A DNA stretch of 64,000 nucleotides from Gammaproteobacteria bacterium (GCA_029242945.1 JAQWSZ010000004.1:8671-72670), one strand, 5' to 3'. Counted from the first letter of the stretch, positions 18,709-28,799 are shown. Program-made: numbers and translations. Notes: a model not told the origin generated them from the letters alone.

Positions 18709-19359
18709 TTAATCTGCGGGGTTTTTCCGACTCCTCCATCTTGCTTCAAATTCTTTTGTTGTATTGATAAAAGGATAATCTACATTTGGAATAGGGCATG
18801 CAAGTTGCTTGCATAAACTATCCCAGCCATCTTTGGGGTTAAAGGTAATTAATCTATCTGAATCAACCTCTTTTTTGCAACGAGCAATATTTTCATTATA
18901 AATTTTAATGCAATGTTTTTTATCATTCAGTTTTCCGTTGAATGTGCCATCAACAATGATTTCTTTTGCCATTAATATTCTTTTTCTAATTTCTTGATTT
19001 TTAGAATTTATTCCTTCATCCATGCTTTTGAAAATAGTATTTTTAGCACTTTCATACCAAGCCTCAGGTTCTCTTGTCGAGAGAATAATTTTTGCTTCAG
19101 GATAAGCTTCCATCAATTGAGGCCAAAAGGCAGCGACTGGCCAATCTACTGCTGCTTGATACCCATCAAAAATATCATCCCAGATAAACTCTCTCTTCCA
19201 CGCTCTGAGCCATAATTCTGAATGTTCAGGTTTAGTGACTACTTCTGACATGTGATAACAATTTGTGTAACCAAGTATTTCTAAAGCTTTCTTTAATGAA
19301 AGAGATGCAGTTCTGCCAAAACTAGCTCCTATAATCTTAAGACTCATTATTGTTTCCAC
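18709..19359 (-). CDS. Sulfotransferase-family protein (Sulfotransfer_4-like)
   Basis: 216 aa. N-terminal PAPS-loop-like GASFGRTAS(L)S and overall sulfotransferase-like layout. The start could be the second Met cluster (19347). Confidence 0.65.
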   Translation of the reverse strand: METIMSLKIIGASFGRTASLSLKKALEILGYTNCYHMSEVVTKPEHSELWLRAWKREFIWDDIFDGYQAAVDWPVAAFWPQLMEAYPEAKIILSTREPEAWYESAKNTIFKSMDEGINSKNQEIRKRILMAKEIIVDGTFNGKLNDKKHCIKIYNENIARCKKEVDSDRLITFNPKDGWDSLCKQLACPIPNVDYPFINTTKEFEARWRSRKNPAD

Positions 19360-19711
19360 TTGATTCTATTTTCTTCTCTAGTATTAGTTTGAAGTTTTTT
19401 ATATTGCCGTTACATTTGTCTAGTTCTTCAGATTCAATTAATAGTTCAAAACATTCTCCATCTTGTTTTAAAACACAAGGCAATTCTTTAATTAATTTTC
19501 TTGGAACATCCAATGGTACTTCATTGATATGGAGCAAAGAGTATTGATGATCTGATTCTAATTCCATCTCTTTCCATTCTTTTTTGATTCCTATGAGACT
19601 ATGTGAAAGATCACAAAGACTGCAGCTTTGCTTCTCAAAAACTTTTTTATAGAAGTAATTTAACTCTCCCATCCATGTTGAATTTGCATTGTAGATACAA
19701 ATAATTTCCAT
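19337..19711 (-). CDS. Hypothetical protein with a CxLCxxSH motif
   Basis: I prefer ATG 19711 (MEIICIYNANSTWMGELNYFYKK...CSLCDLSH...) over the track start 19768. Its 3' end overlaps the sulfotransferase start by 23 nt. Confidence 0.45.
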   Translation of the reverse strand: MEIICIYNANSTWMGELNYFYKKVFEKQSCSLCDLSHSLIGIKKEWKEMELESDHQYSLLHINEVPLDVPRKLIKELPCVLKQDGECFELLIESEELDKCNGNIKNFKLILEKKIESSGNNNES

Positions 19712-19807
19712 ATTTAACTTATTGAATAAAATAATTTGGTTAAATTGATTAAATGTTAACATAATCATTCAAAAGATATGATTGCTTCCTAGATTCGGGA
19801 TAAAAGA

Positions 19808-20926
19808 TTGCTAAAAGAAGAAATACAATTAATTCATGAAGGGCCTTTTAGGTTGGTTTTTGTTTCCAGTGGTGGAGGCAGTAAGGCGATTTCTGATCTG
19901 TTAAAGGTTCCAGGTGCTAGTAAGACAATTCTTGAGTGCCATATTCCTTATTCTAGAGAGTCAATGGACGAGTATCTTAATTTTAAACCCAGCCATTACT
20001 GCGGACTACAAACAACGATTAATATGGCTGTAATGGCTTTTTCGAGAGCAAAAATGCTATCAACTGAAACCAAACCTAAGCATCTTCTTGGAGTAGCAGT
20101 TACAGCAACTTTATCTACTACATATGAAAAATTAGGCAGTCATAGATTTTTTATTTGTATTCATGGATATGAAGCAACCCATGTTTTTTCCTGCTATCTC
20201 ACTAAAGGAAAAAGAACACGTGATCATGAGGAAGAGCTAGTATCAGAGTGTTTAGAATCCTTAATCGGGATCGCTAGTGGATTAGGCAACGAAGTGCCTT
20301 CATTAACACAACATACTGAGTATGAAAAGATATCAGCAAAAGATGAGTGGCATGCCCTTGAAAAAAAAGAAATCGAATATCTTGGTCAATGGGACGAATC
20401 TAAAAAACTAATTTTCCCTGGTACATTTAATCCATTACATGAAGGTCATAAAAAAATACAAAATATTGCGGAAGAAAAATTAAAAATACCAGTCACTTTC
20501 GAAATATCTATATCAAATGTTGAGAAAGCATTGTTGAGTTATTATGAAATTGATAAAACCATTAAACAGTTCACAGAAGATCAAAACTGGGTTATGACTA
20601 ATGCTCCCACATTTTCACAGAAATCTGAAATATTTCACAATACTACATTTATTATAGGAATGGATACTCTGCTTCGTATTTTTGATCAGCGTTTTTATAA
20701 AGGAATTGATGATATGGAGAGAAGCCTAAATGCATTTATTACTAATAATTCTCAATTCCTAGTTTTTGGCAGAGAGGTTGAGGGCCATTTTATGACATTG
20801 AATGATATTCAGATACCAAAAAATCTTCAAAATCGATTTGATTTTGTTTTAGAAAATGATTTTAGAGTTGACCTCAGCTCAAGTGAAATTAAGAGAAAAG
20901 AAGAAGCTAACAAGATTCTGACATAG
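19808..20926 (+). CDS. Two-domain protein: N-terminal CinA-C/PncC-like domain fused to a C-terminal NadD/NMNAT-like nucleotidyltransferase domain
   Basis: 372 aa, TTG start. N-terminal VSSGGGSKAISDLLKVPGASKTILECHIPYS parallels the PncC block TGG...(I/V)PG(S)S...G.V.YS. C-terminal FPGTFNPLHEGH is the (H/T)xGH nucleotidyltransferase motif, and DLSSSEIK resembles the ISSTxIR motif. Confidence 0.65.
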   Translation: MLKEEIQLIHEGPFRLVFVSSGGGSKAISDLLKVPGASKTILECHIPYSRESMDEYLNFKPSHYCGLQTTINMAVMAFSRAKMLSTETKPKHLLGVAVTATLSTTYEKLGSHRFFICIHGYEATHVFSCYLTKGKRTRDHEEELVSECLESLIGIASGLGNEVPSLTQHTEYEKISAKDEWHALEKKEIEYLGQWDESKKLIFPGTFNPLHEGHKKIQNIAEEKLKIPVTFEISISNVEKALLSYYEIDKTIKQFTEDQNWVMTNAPTFSQKSEIFHNTTFIIGMDTLLRIFDQRFYKGIDDMERSLNAFITNNSQFLVFGREVEGHFMTLNDIQIPKNLQNRFDFVLENDFRVDLSSSEIKRKEEANKILT

Positions 20927-20931
20927 GTTAT

Positions 20932-21219
20932 TTAGAGACCGTCAATAATTATAAAATCACGGGAAGATGAATTGTGAATATAGTTGATAGCCTTTTGGTA
21001 CTCATTGGATTGATAGCATGATTTAGCATCAAGAATGCTATTAAATTCAACTACTACAGTTTTGACATGAGTTCCTTTTTCCTTCTGATAATGTTCTTCA
21101 TTACCTTTGACTAGAAAATTTCCATTATATTTATTCACAGCTATGCCTGCATATCTAGCATAACTATCATAGTCCTCCATATCTTTATAAGTGCAACGCA
21201 CAACAAAGTAAGCTGGCAT
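20932..21219 (-). CDS. DUF1330 domain protein
   Basis: 95 aa. MPAYFVV...YA...A...GG.FLV.G pattern of DUF1330. Confidence 0.8.
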   Translation of the reverse strand: MPAYFVVRCTYKDMEDYDSYARYAGIAVNKYNGNFLVKGNEEHYQKEKGTHVKTVVVEFNSILDAKSCYQSNEYQKAINYIHNSSSRDFIIIDGL

Positions 21220-21225
21220 ATTTTA

Positions 21226-21708
21226 TTAGCTCAAAAGAGTTTCAATTGAGCTCAATATATCTTTAGGTTTAGTTGCAGAAGCAAAGCGTTGTATGACTTC
21301 ACCATTTTTATTGATCAAGAACTTTGTAAAGTTCCATTTGATTTTTTTTGTACCCAAAATACCTGGCTGCTCTTGAGTCAAATATTTATAAAGAGGGTCT
21401 GCTGTTTCTCCATTGACATCTATTTTACTAAATACTGGAAAAGTAGTTTTGAAGTTTACTGAACAGAAATTTTGAATTTCTTCATTGCTTCCAGGTTCTT
21501 GCCCACCAAACTGATTACAAGGAAAGCCTAAGACTGAAAAATTTTTATCGTGAAACTTTTCATGTAATTCATTCAATCCTTCATATTGAGGGGTGAATCC
21601 ACATTTACTTGCAGTATTGACAATTAATAATACTTGTCCTTGATAATCAGATAGAGAAACGTCTTCTCCCAAATGATTTTTACATACAAAATTATAAATA
21701 TTACTCAT
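21226..21708 (-). CDS. Glutathione peroxidase (Cys-type)
   Basis: LIVNTASKCGFTPQY, LGFPCNQFGGQEPG and WNFTKFLI blocks. I use the Met at 21708 (MSNIYNF...) rather than the track start 21747. 8-nt overlap with the M1 peptidase gene. Confidence 0.9.
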   Translation of the reverse strand: MSNIYNFVCKNHLGEDVSLSDYQGQVLLIVNTASKCGFTPQYEGLNELHEKFHDKNFSVLGFPCNQFGGQEPGSNEEIQNFCSVNFKTTFPVFSKIDVNGETADPLYKYLTQEQPGILGTKKIKWNFTKFLINKNGEVIQRFASATKPKDILSSIETLLS

Positions 21709-24109
21709 TAGATACTCCTTCATTAGTTGTGCCACTATGCGAGACAATCTCTTGATTTCTTTTCATCAAATCCCTCATTAAATTCTTTTTGATACCTTTT
21801 CTAGCGATTGGCTTTAATCGGGCAGGAACCATTCTTCTTGGATAGTAATTATTTTCTAAATTAGTATCAGCAATCTCCCAATAAGGATCCATGATAACTG
21901 TTTTGATTTTCCTCTCACTGCGTTTTAGCCACTTGACACTTTTTTGTTTTTTTCTCCATATTTCAGCAGGGATTTTGATGTATTCTTTTTCACCATTTTC
22001 ATAATTAATCTCTAATGGTATTGGCATAATTAATCCTCCATTATTTTTGAATTCAATAATATAGTAATTTTGATTCTTAGATAACGCCTTTTGAAGTGCA
22101 TTTTTTTTCCAATAGGGGTCACTATTGGTTTCATCTTTTAGATCTTCAAGTATTTCCTCATAATCTTCAAGTTGTTCAATACCAGGAGTAAATTCATCGT
22201 ATTCATCATAAATATCAAGTAAATCAGGTCTTTCAATAACTTTTGTAATAATCCCTTCTTGTGTGTTTCTAATATCTGCTAATGCTTCGGGTTCTTTACT
22301 CCGGTCTTCCCTATCTTTTTCAGAATCTATTTTTGGATTAAGAGTATCCAATGTTCCCTTGGATATTTTTTCGATGGATATATCAACATGATTAGTGGAA
22401 AAAAACCATCCTTGCCAAAACCAATCAAGATCAACTCCAGAGGCTTCTTCCATTGTTCTGAAGAAGTCATAAGGGGTTGGTCTTTTGAATTTCCATCGGT
22501 TGGCATATTCTTTAAAGGCAAAATCAAAAAGCTCCCTCCCTAAAATTGTTTCTCTGAGAATATTCAGAGCTGTTGCAGGCTTACCATATGCATTGTTACC
22601 AAACTGAAGTAATGATTCTGAATTAGTCATTATAGGAACTTGATTGTTACTCAACATATAATTTGTAATCCATCTTGCTTCTCCTCTATCAGAGCGGTAA
22701 TCAATATCCCACTCTTGTTCAGCAAGAAATTGTAGAAAAGTGTTTAATCCTTCATCCATCCATGTCCATTGTCTTTCATCTGAATTAACAATCATGGGAA
22801 AGTAGATGTGACCAATTTCATGAATGATAACTCCAATTAGAAATTCCTTTTCACTTCTCGAATAGGTTCTTATTCCATTTTCATCAGCCACAGTTCTAGG
22901 CCCATTGAATGTGATCATAGGATATTCCATTCCACCTACAGGCCCATTGACACTTTGTGCAGTTGGATATGGGTAATCAAAAGTATATTTTGAATAAATT
23001 TTCATGGTATGCATAACTACTTCTGTAGAGTATTTTGACCAGAGTGGTTCTCCTTCATTAGGATAGAAAGACATCGCCATAACTAAAGGGTTATCTTTTG
23101 AATTTTGTTTATAGCCTGCTGCATCCCATATGAACTTTCTTGATGAAGCCCAAGCAAAATCTCGTACATTATCAGCTTCAAATTGCCAGGTTTTCTTAGA
23201 TTGAGATTTTTCTTTTTCTATTGCTAAAGCTTCTTCTGGACTAACTATAAAAATGGGAGTTACAGAATTTTCTGCTTGTTTTAGCCTTTTTCTACGTTCT
23301 TTGCTTAAAATCTTTTCAGAGTTTGTAAGAACTCCTGTTGAAGAAACAATATGATCAGAAGGTACTGTGATAGATACATCGTAATTACCAAATTCCAGAG
23401 TAAATTCTCCATTTCCAATGAATTCTTTATTATGCCAGCCTTCATAATCACTGAATGCAACTAACCTTGGATACCACTGTGCAATCAAAAATATGTCATT
23501 GCCATCTTCAAATGTTTCATAGCCATTTCTAGAACTTAGAGCATTGGTTTCACCAATATTAAAATCCCAGTCTATCTTGATAAGAATACTTTCATCCATC
23601 GTAAGCTTTTGATTTAAATCAACTCTTACCATGGTGCCAACAATTTTTGTATGTACTTCTGAACCGTTCACTTTAATACTAAGGTTTTGAATTCCACCCT
23701 CGAATTCATCCATAAAATTAGTATTTCTTAAGGTAGAGAAATTAATTTTATTATCGCTGGCTATAGTTCTTGTTTGATAGTCAATGGAATCTTTTTTGAA
23801 GATATTTTGATCAAGTTGGATCCAGATGTACTTTAAGTCTAAGGGAGAATTATTGGTATATTTAATAGTTTCGGATCCTTTCAATCTTCTTTCATCTTCA
23901 AAAAGTTCTATATCTATTTCATAATCTGCTTGTTGTTGCCAGTATTCATTAGTTGGTTCACCTGTAGCAGCTCTGTATTGATTTGGACCTGGAAATACTT
24001 CATCAAGTTGCCTAAACTTATCTTCAAATTTGCCTTTGCTTTGATCAATAGGGTGGGCATTTAGATTAGTCGTAAGACTAAATAAACATATTATCAATAT
24101 CTTTTTCAT
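21701..24109 (-). CDS. Secreted M1-family zinc metallopeptidase (aminopeptidase-N-like)
   Basis: 802 aa. Signal peptide. HEIGH...WMDEGLNTF (HEXXH-x18-E) zinc signature and a GGMEYP (GxMEN-like) exopeptidase block. Confidence 0.9.
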   Translation of the reverse strand: MKKILIICLFSLTTNLNAHPIDQSKGKFEDKFRQLDEVFPGPNQYRAATGEPTNEYWQQQADYEIDIELFEDERRLKGSETIKYTNNSPLDLKYIWIQLDQNIFKKDSIDYQTRTIASDNKINFSTLRNTNFMDEFEGGIQNLSIKVNGSEVHTKIVGTMVRVDLNQKLTMDESILIKIDWDFNIGETNALSSRNGYETFEDGNDIFLIAQWYPRLVAFSDYEGWHNKEFIGNGEFTLEFGNYDVSITVPSDHIVSSTGVLTNSEKILSKERRKRLKQAENSVTPIFIVSPEEALAIEKEKSQSKKTWQFEADNVRDFAWASSRKFIWDAAGYKQNSKDNPLVMAMSFYPNEGEPLWSKYSTEVVMHTMKIYSKYTFDYPYPTAQSVNGPVGGMEYPMITFNGPRTVADENGIRTYSRSEKEFLIGVIIHEIGHIYFPMIVNSDERQWTWMDEGLNTFLQFLAEQEWDIDYRSDRGEARWITNYMLSNNQVPIMTNSESLLQFGNNAYGKPATALNILRETILGRELFDFAFKEYANRWKFKRPTPYDFFRTMEEASGVDLDWFWQGWFFSTNHVDISIEKISKGTLDTLNPKIDSEKDREDRSKEPEALADIRNTQEGIITKVIERPDLLDIYDEYDEFTPGIEQLEDYEEILEDLKDETNSDPYWKKNALQKALSKNQNYYIIEFKNNGGLIMPIPLEINYENGEKEYIKIPAEIWRKKQKSVKWLKRSERKIKTVIMDPYWEIADTNLENNYYPRRMVPARLKPIARKGIKKNLMRDLMKRNQEIVSHSGTTNEGVSNE

Positions 24110-24392
24110 AGCATTTAATTCCCAGTAATATTAAGATCAAAAATGATCTATAGACTAAGGATAAGTATTAAGAAATGCAAATCAAATCTAAGAAATATAG
24201 CTTTAGCTCTTGAGTTTTATAGTACTGTCTATTTTATTCATAAATCTATCCTATGCAAAAGTATTGCCCCTGACTAAGAGTCTTTTGTAAGAAGTTGTTA
24301 TTAGCGTCAATGATGTTGAAAAAACTGCAGAATTTTATAAAAATTAAAATAATGCTTCTTGATATCTTGGTTTGAACCTGAGAAGATAATTC

Positions 24393-25175
24393 ATGGTATC
24401 TTCAAAAGAACGGCTCTCCATTACAAAAGATTGGCTTCCTCGATATACTGGAATGGAAATTGATGAATTTGGTGACTATATTTTATTAACCAATTTCAGC
24501 GACTACGTGATACGTTTTTCTGAAATGTTCAATTGCGAAATTAAAGGTCTTAGAAGACCTATGCAAGCAGCTACAAATTCAGAGGGATTGAGTATTGTCA
24601 ATTTTGGCATAGGCTCTCCTAATGCTGCAATTATTATGGACTTACTGACAGCTAGAGATCCTAAAGGTGTTCTGTTTCTAGGAAAGTGTGGTGGTTTAAA
24701 AGAATCCTCAGAAATTGGTAACTTAATATTACCCATTGCAGCTATTCGTGGAGAGGGAACAAGTGATGATTATTATCCTCCTGAAATCCCAGCCTTGCCA
24801 TCCTTTAAATTACATAAGTTTGTGTCAGAGAAGGTCATTGAACAAAACCTTGAATACCGAACTGGTGTCATTTATACAACCAACAGAAGGGTATGGGAGC
24901 ATGATAAAACGTTTAAAGATAGGCTGAGAGAAACCACTGCTATAGCCATTGATATGGAGACAGCTACAATATTTATTGTTGGGCATTATAATCAAATTGC
25001 TCGAGGAGCATTGCTCTTAGTATCAGATACACCAGTGACACCCGATGGCATCAAAACTGGAAAATCCGATCAAAAAGTGACTGAAAACTGGCTTCAAAAG
25101 CACTTGGATATTGGAATCAATGCTATGACAGAAATTGGAATGACAGGTGAAACCATTCGACACTTTAGGTACTAG
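24393..25175 (+). CDS. amn: Short-form AMP nucleosidase-like protein (PNP/UDP phosphorylase fold)
   Basis: 260 aa. WLPRYTG...FG.YILLTNF, NFGIGSPNAAIIMDLL, FLGKCGGL, LPIAAIRGEGTSDDY, TNRRVWEHD and AIDMETATIF match the ~260-aa 'AMP nucleosidase' family. Confidence 0.8.
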   Translation: MVSSKERLSITKDWLPRYTGMEIDEFGDYILLTNFSDYVIRFSEMFNCEIKGLRRPMQAATNSEGLSIVNFGIGSPNAAIIMDLLTARDPKGVLFLGKCGGLKESSEIGNLILPIAAIRGEGTSDDYYPPEIPALPSFKLHKFVSEKVIEQNLEYRTGVIYTTNRRVWEHDKTFKDRLRETTAIAIDMETATIFIVGHYNQIARGALLLVSDTPVTPDGIKTGKSDQKVTENWLQKHLDIGINAMTEIGMTGETIRHFRY

Positions 25176-25185
25176 TAAATTTTAG

Positions 25186-25533
<348 letters not shown>

Positions 25534-25566
25534 GGTTGATTTTCATCAAACTAACGTCTAAATATT

Positions 25567-25995
25567 ATGAGTATGGACAAACTAAACCCATTTCATCTTG
25601 CTATACCAGTGGATGATTTAGAGGAAGCAAAATTCTTTTATCATGGACTTCTTGGAGCAAAGATAGGAAGATCTAGTGATACTTGGATTGACTTCAATTT
25701 CTTCGGTCACCAACTTGTTTGCCACCTAAATTCTAAGTCAACTGATGAGATATCTAATCAGGTTGATTTTAATGAAATTCCTGTGCCTCACTTTGGTATA
25801 GTCTTTGAATGGGATCAATTTCAGACTATTGTTTTGCAATTTAAACAGAAAAAAATTGACTTTATTATTAAGCCTACTATTCGTTTTAAGGGAGAAGTGG
25901 GAGAGCAAGCCATAGCATTTATAAGAGATCCTTCGGGTAATGCTATTGAATTCAAGTCTTTTCGTAATATGGATAATTTATTTAAAGCAGACTAA
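25567..25995 (+). CDS. VOC (glyoxalase/bleomycin-resistance/dioxygenase) family protein
   Basis: 142 aa. PFHLAIPVDDLEEAKFFY..LG N-terminal beta-alpha-beta module. HFG... and a DPSGNAIEF C-terminal block. Confidence 0.75.
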   Translation: MSMDKLNPFHLAIPVDDLEEAKFFYHGLLGAKIGRSSDTWIDFNFFGHQLVCHLNSKSTDEISNQVDFNEIPVPHFGIVFEWDQFQTIVLQFKQKKIDFIIKPTIRFKGEVGEQAIAFIRDPSGNAIEFKSFRNMDNLFKAD

Positions 25996-26059
25996 TAATC
26001 TTGTACAGTTGTGGAAATCCACAGATAATAATAAACACAAATTAATTAGGAGTGATTCA

Positions 26060-26344
26060 ATGCCTGAAAATATTTTCTTCAACGGCGATATCTTTGGAAT
26101 AATCGATAATGGAATCCTAGCATTACTATCAGTATTTGGAATAGATATAGAGAAAAGACTCGGAGGAAAAGGAGTTTACGGTGCATTATTTGGAGCACTT
26201 ATTGGTAATGCTATTAGTGATTTTGTAGCAGCTGTCATAGATCCATCGACACAAGATATTGCATTGGGTGTTTTTGCTGGATGTATGTATGTCACACTTT
26301 TTGTATATGTCTATGTTAGATTTATTAAAAAAGATAATCTATGA
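26060..26344 (+). CDS. Small (94 aa) membrane protein
   Basis: I prefer ATG 26060 (SD aggag 8 nt upstream; MPENIFFNG...) over the track start 25940, which overlaps the VOC gene. Gly-rich TM segments. Confidence 0.5.
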   Translation: MPENIFFNGDIFGIIDNGILALLSVFGIDIEKRLGGKGVYGALFGALIGNAISDFVAAVIDPSTQDIALGVFAGCMYVTLFVYVYVRFIKKDNL

Positions 26345-26712
26345 GACAGACTGCAATTGATAAATGGCATGATTGTATTAATAAAAAATTCGTCGACCCC
26401 GATGCCTTAGATAATAGTATTGCATTCTTTTCTCCTTTTGTTTTTAAGCCCATCTTAGGCATAGAGGAAGTGACTAAATATTTGAATGCTGCAAACATTG
26501 TTATTGCTAATGACCAATTTAAATATACAAAAGAGTTGGTAGGAGAAGGTACTGCTTTTTTATCTTTTGAAACAATAATAAACGATCACTACATCAATGG
26601 TGTTGATTTTTTAATATGGAATGAAGAACATAAATTGACTGAATTAAGAGTATTCATAAGGCCCTTTAAAGCGCTTACCACTGTAGGTCAAATGATGAGT
26701 AAATATCTTTAG
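26341..26712 (+). CDS. NTF2/SnoaL-like fold protein
   Basis: 123 aa. Pattern W...d...FFSPFVFKP..G.EEV..YL...F.Y......G..A.L.F...I....I.GVDFL.W.......L.VFIRP is typical of the family. ATGA overlap with the upstream gene. Confidence 0.5.
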   Translation: MRQTAIDKWHDCINKKFVDPDALDNSIAFFSPFVFKPILGIEEVTKYLNAANIVIANDQFKYTKELVGEGTAFLSFETIINDHYINGVDFLIWNEEHKLTELRVFIRPFKALTTVGQMMSKYL

Positions 26713-26714
26713 TA

Positions 26715-26990
26715 ATGATGACTGAGAAAAATTTGAAATTAGATCAGTATTGGAAAGCAAATCTTCGTTTAGTATTAAGACTATTATCAGTATGGTTCTT
26801 AGCTTCCTATGGGTGCGGTATTCTTTTTGTTGAATTTTTAGATCAATATACTTTTTTTGGTTTTAAATTGGGCTTTTGGTTTGCACAACAAGGCAGCATT
26901 TATATTTTTGTAATTTTAATTTTTGTTTATATAAACCAAATGAAAAAACTAGACGAAGCATTCAAAAACCAAAAAGAAGAAGAGAGCTAA
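26715..26990 (+). CDS. DUF4212: small subunit of a Na+/solute symporter
   Basis: 91 aa. YWKANLRLVLRLLSVWFLASYGCGILF matches DUF4212. It lies directly upstream of an SSS gene, as is usual for the family. Confidence 0.8.
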   Translation: MMTEKNLKLDQYWKANLRLVLRLLSVWFLASYGCGILFVEFLDQYTFFGFKLGFWFAQQGSIYIFVILIFVYINQMKKLDEAFKNQKEEES

Positions 26991-26991
26991 A

Positions 26992-28740
26992 TTGTCGGTT
27001 CAGTTATTAACTTATATTTTTGTAGGTATATCATTCGGAATATATTTGTATATAGCGATTCGTTCTCGAGCTAATTCCACCAGTGATTTTTATATCGCTG
27101 GAAAAGGTGTTCATCCTATTGCCAATGGCATGGCAACAGCTGCAGATTGGATGTCTGCCGCTTCTTTTATTTCAATGGCCGGTATTATTTCTTTTATGGG
27201 TAGAGATGGATCCGTCTATCTGATGGGGTGGACAGGCGGATATGTGTTGCTCGCACTTCTATTAGCTCCCTACTTAAGAAAATTTGGACAATTCACTGTC
27301 CCTGATTTTATAGGCACTCGTTATTATTCATCGTTTGCAAGAATTGTAGCCGTGATTTGTTTGATTGTTGTTTCCTTCACATATGTAGCAGGGCAAATGA
27401 GAGGGGTAGGCATAGTATTTTCACGTTTCTTGGAAGTTGACATTAATACAGGTGTTTTGATTGGAATGGGTATAGTTTTTTTCTATGCTGTTCTAGGGGG
27501 TATGAAAGGCATTACCTATACACAAGTCGCACAATATTGTGTGCTTATTTTTGCCTATCTAGTGCCAGCTGTTTTTATATCAATTTTAATTACAGGTAAT
27601 CCAATACCCCAATTAGGTTTTGGAGATCAAGTGATAGATGATCCTCAGTATTTATTGAGTAAATTGGATGGTATCATGACCCAGCTTGGATTCGAACCCT
27701 ACACTTCAGGGATTAAAAGCACTATTGATGTTTTCTGTATAACTGCTGCACTGATGCTGGGAACAGCAGGTTTACCTCATGTTATCGTAAGGTTTTTTAC
27801 CGTACCAGATGTTGCAGCAGCAAGAAAATCAGCAGGATATGCTTTGATCTTTATTGCCATACTTTATACAACAGCCCCAGCAGTAGCTTCTTTTGCTCGT
27901 TTGAATTTATTTGAATCAACACATAATGTTTCATACGAGAATGCCCCCAAGTGGTTTAAAAATTGGGAAGATATAGGCTTGATTGCATGGAAAGATAAGA
28001 ATAATGATGGAAAAATACAACATGCAAATGGGAATGCATTTGAGCCTGTCAAACCAAAATTTAATGAAAAGAAAGGAGTTTATGGGGAGCGATTAATCAC
28101 TAATGCTGCAAGCAAAGACAATAATAATGAAGTCTATATAGATAGAGATATTATTGTGTTAGCTAATCCTGAAATTGCTCAGTTACCTCCATGGGTGATC
28201 GCTTTGGTAGCAGCTGGAGCACTAGCAGCAGCGTTATCAACAGCAGCAGGACTTCTCTTAGTGATATCCACAGCTGTTTCTCATGATCTTTTAAAGAAAA
28301 CATTTGCAAAAAATCTCAGTGAAAAAAAAGAGCTTCTATTTGCAAGGCTCTCGATCCTTGTGGCAGTAATTATTGCAGGTCTTTTTGGTATTTACCCTCC
28401 AGCATTTGTGGCTCAAGTTGTAGCCTTTGCATTTGGGCTGGCAGCTGCAACATTATTTCCTGCTATATGTATGGGTATATTCTCAAAGAAAATCAATAAG
28501 CAAGGTGCAATTACTGGAATGTTAGTAGGTCTTATCTTTACTCTTAGTTATATAATTTATTTTAAATTTTTATTTCCGGAAATGAATTCTAGCGAGTATT
28601 GGTTTTTGGGAATTTCACCGGAAGGCATTGGTTTTATTGGGATGCTATTAAACTTGTTTATAAGTTTTTTGATTTCATTTTCTACAAAACCACCGCCCAA
28701 TGAAATTATTGAAATGATCAATGAGATTAGGCAGCCTTAG
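26992..28740 (+). CDS. Sodium:solute symporter (SSS) family, VC_2705/ActP-like large subunit
   Basis: 582 aa, about 13 TM. DFYIAGKGVHPIANGMATAADWMSAASFISMAG and GLPHVIVRFFT blocks. TTG start 1 nt after the DUF4212 stop. Confidence 0.9.
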   Translation: MSVQLLTYIFVGISFGIYLYIAIRSRANSTSDFYIAGKGVHPIANGMATAADWMSAASFISMAGIISFMGRDGSVYLMGWTGGYVLLALLLAPYLRKFGQFTVPDFIGTRYYSSFARIVAVICLIVVSFTYVAGQMRGVGIVFSRFLEVDINTGVLIGMGIVFFYAVLGGMKGITYTQVAQYCVLIFAYLVPAVFISILITGNPIPQLGFGDQVIDDPQYLLSKLDGIMTQLGFEPYTSGIKSTIDVFCITAALMLGTAGLPHVIVRFFTVPDVAAARKSAGYALIFIAILYTTAPAVASFARLNLFESTHNVSYENAPKWFKNWEDIGLIAWKDKNNDGKIQHANGNAFEPVKPKFNEKKGVYGERLITNAASKDNNNEVYIDRDIIVLANPEIAQLPPWVIALVAAGALAAALSTAAGLLLVISTAVSHDLLKKTFAKNLSEKKELLFARLSILVAVIIAGLFGIYPPAFVAQVVAFAFGLAAATLFPAICMGIFSKKINKQGAITGMLVGLIFTLSYIIYFKFLFPEMNSSEYWFLGISPEGIGFIGMLLNLFISFLISFSTKPPPNEIIEMINEIRQP

Positions 28741-28799
28741 GATAGAAAGCAACTAGAAAACATTTTTTCTAAACGCGATATTATTTATTTTCAAATGAG

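Noticed and set aside
21226-21708. Possible selenocysteine in the glutathione peroxidase
   Set aside because: The active-site residue is an ordinary Cys codon (…NTASKCGFT…). There is no in-frame TGA, so it is a Cys-type enzyme.
27688-27699. GGATTCGAACCC, a tRNA T-arm-like string
   Set aside because: It lies inside the SSS symporter coding frame (…LGFEPYT…). No acceptor, D or anticodon arms can be drawn around it. I found no tRNA anywhere in the window.
28741-28799. AT-only hairpin TAGAAAA-CATT-TTTTCTA between the convergent SSS and DUF1295 genes as a terminator
   Set aside because: It is a 7-bp stem made almost entirely of A/T pairs. That is too weak to call with confidence in an AT-rich genome.
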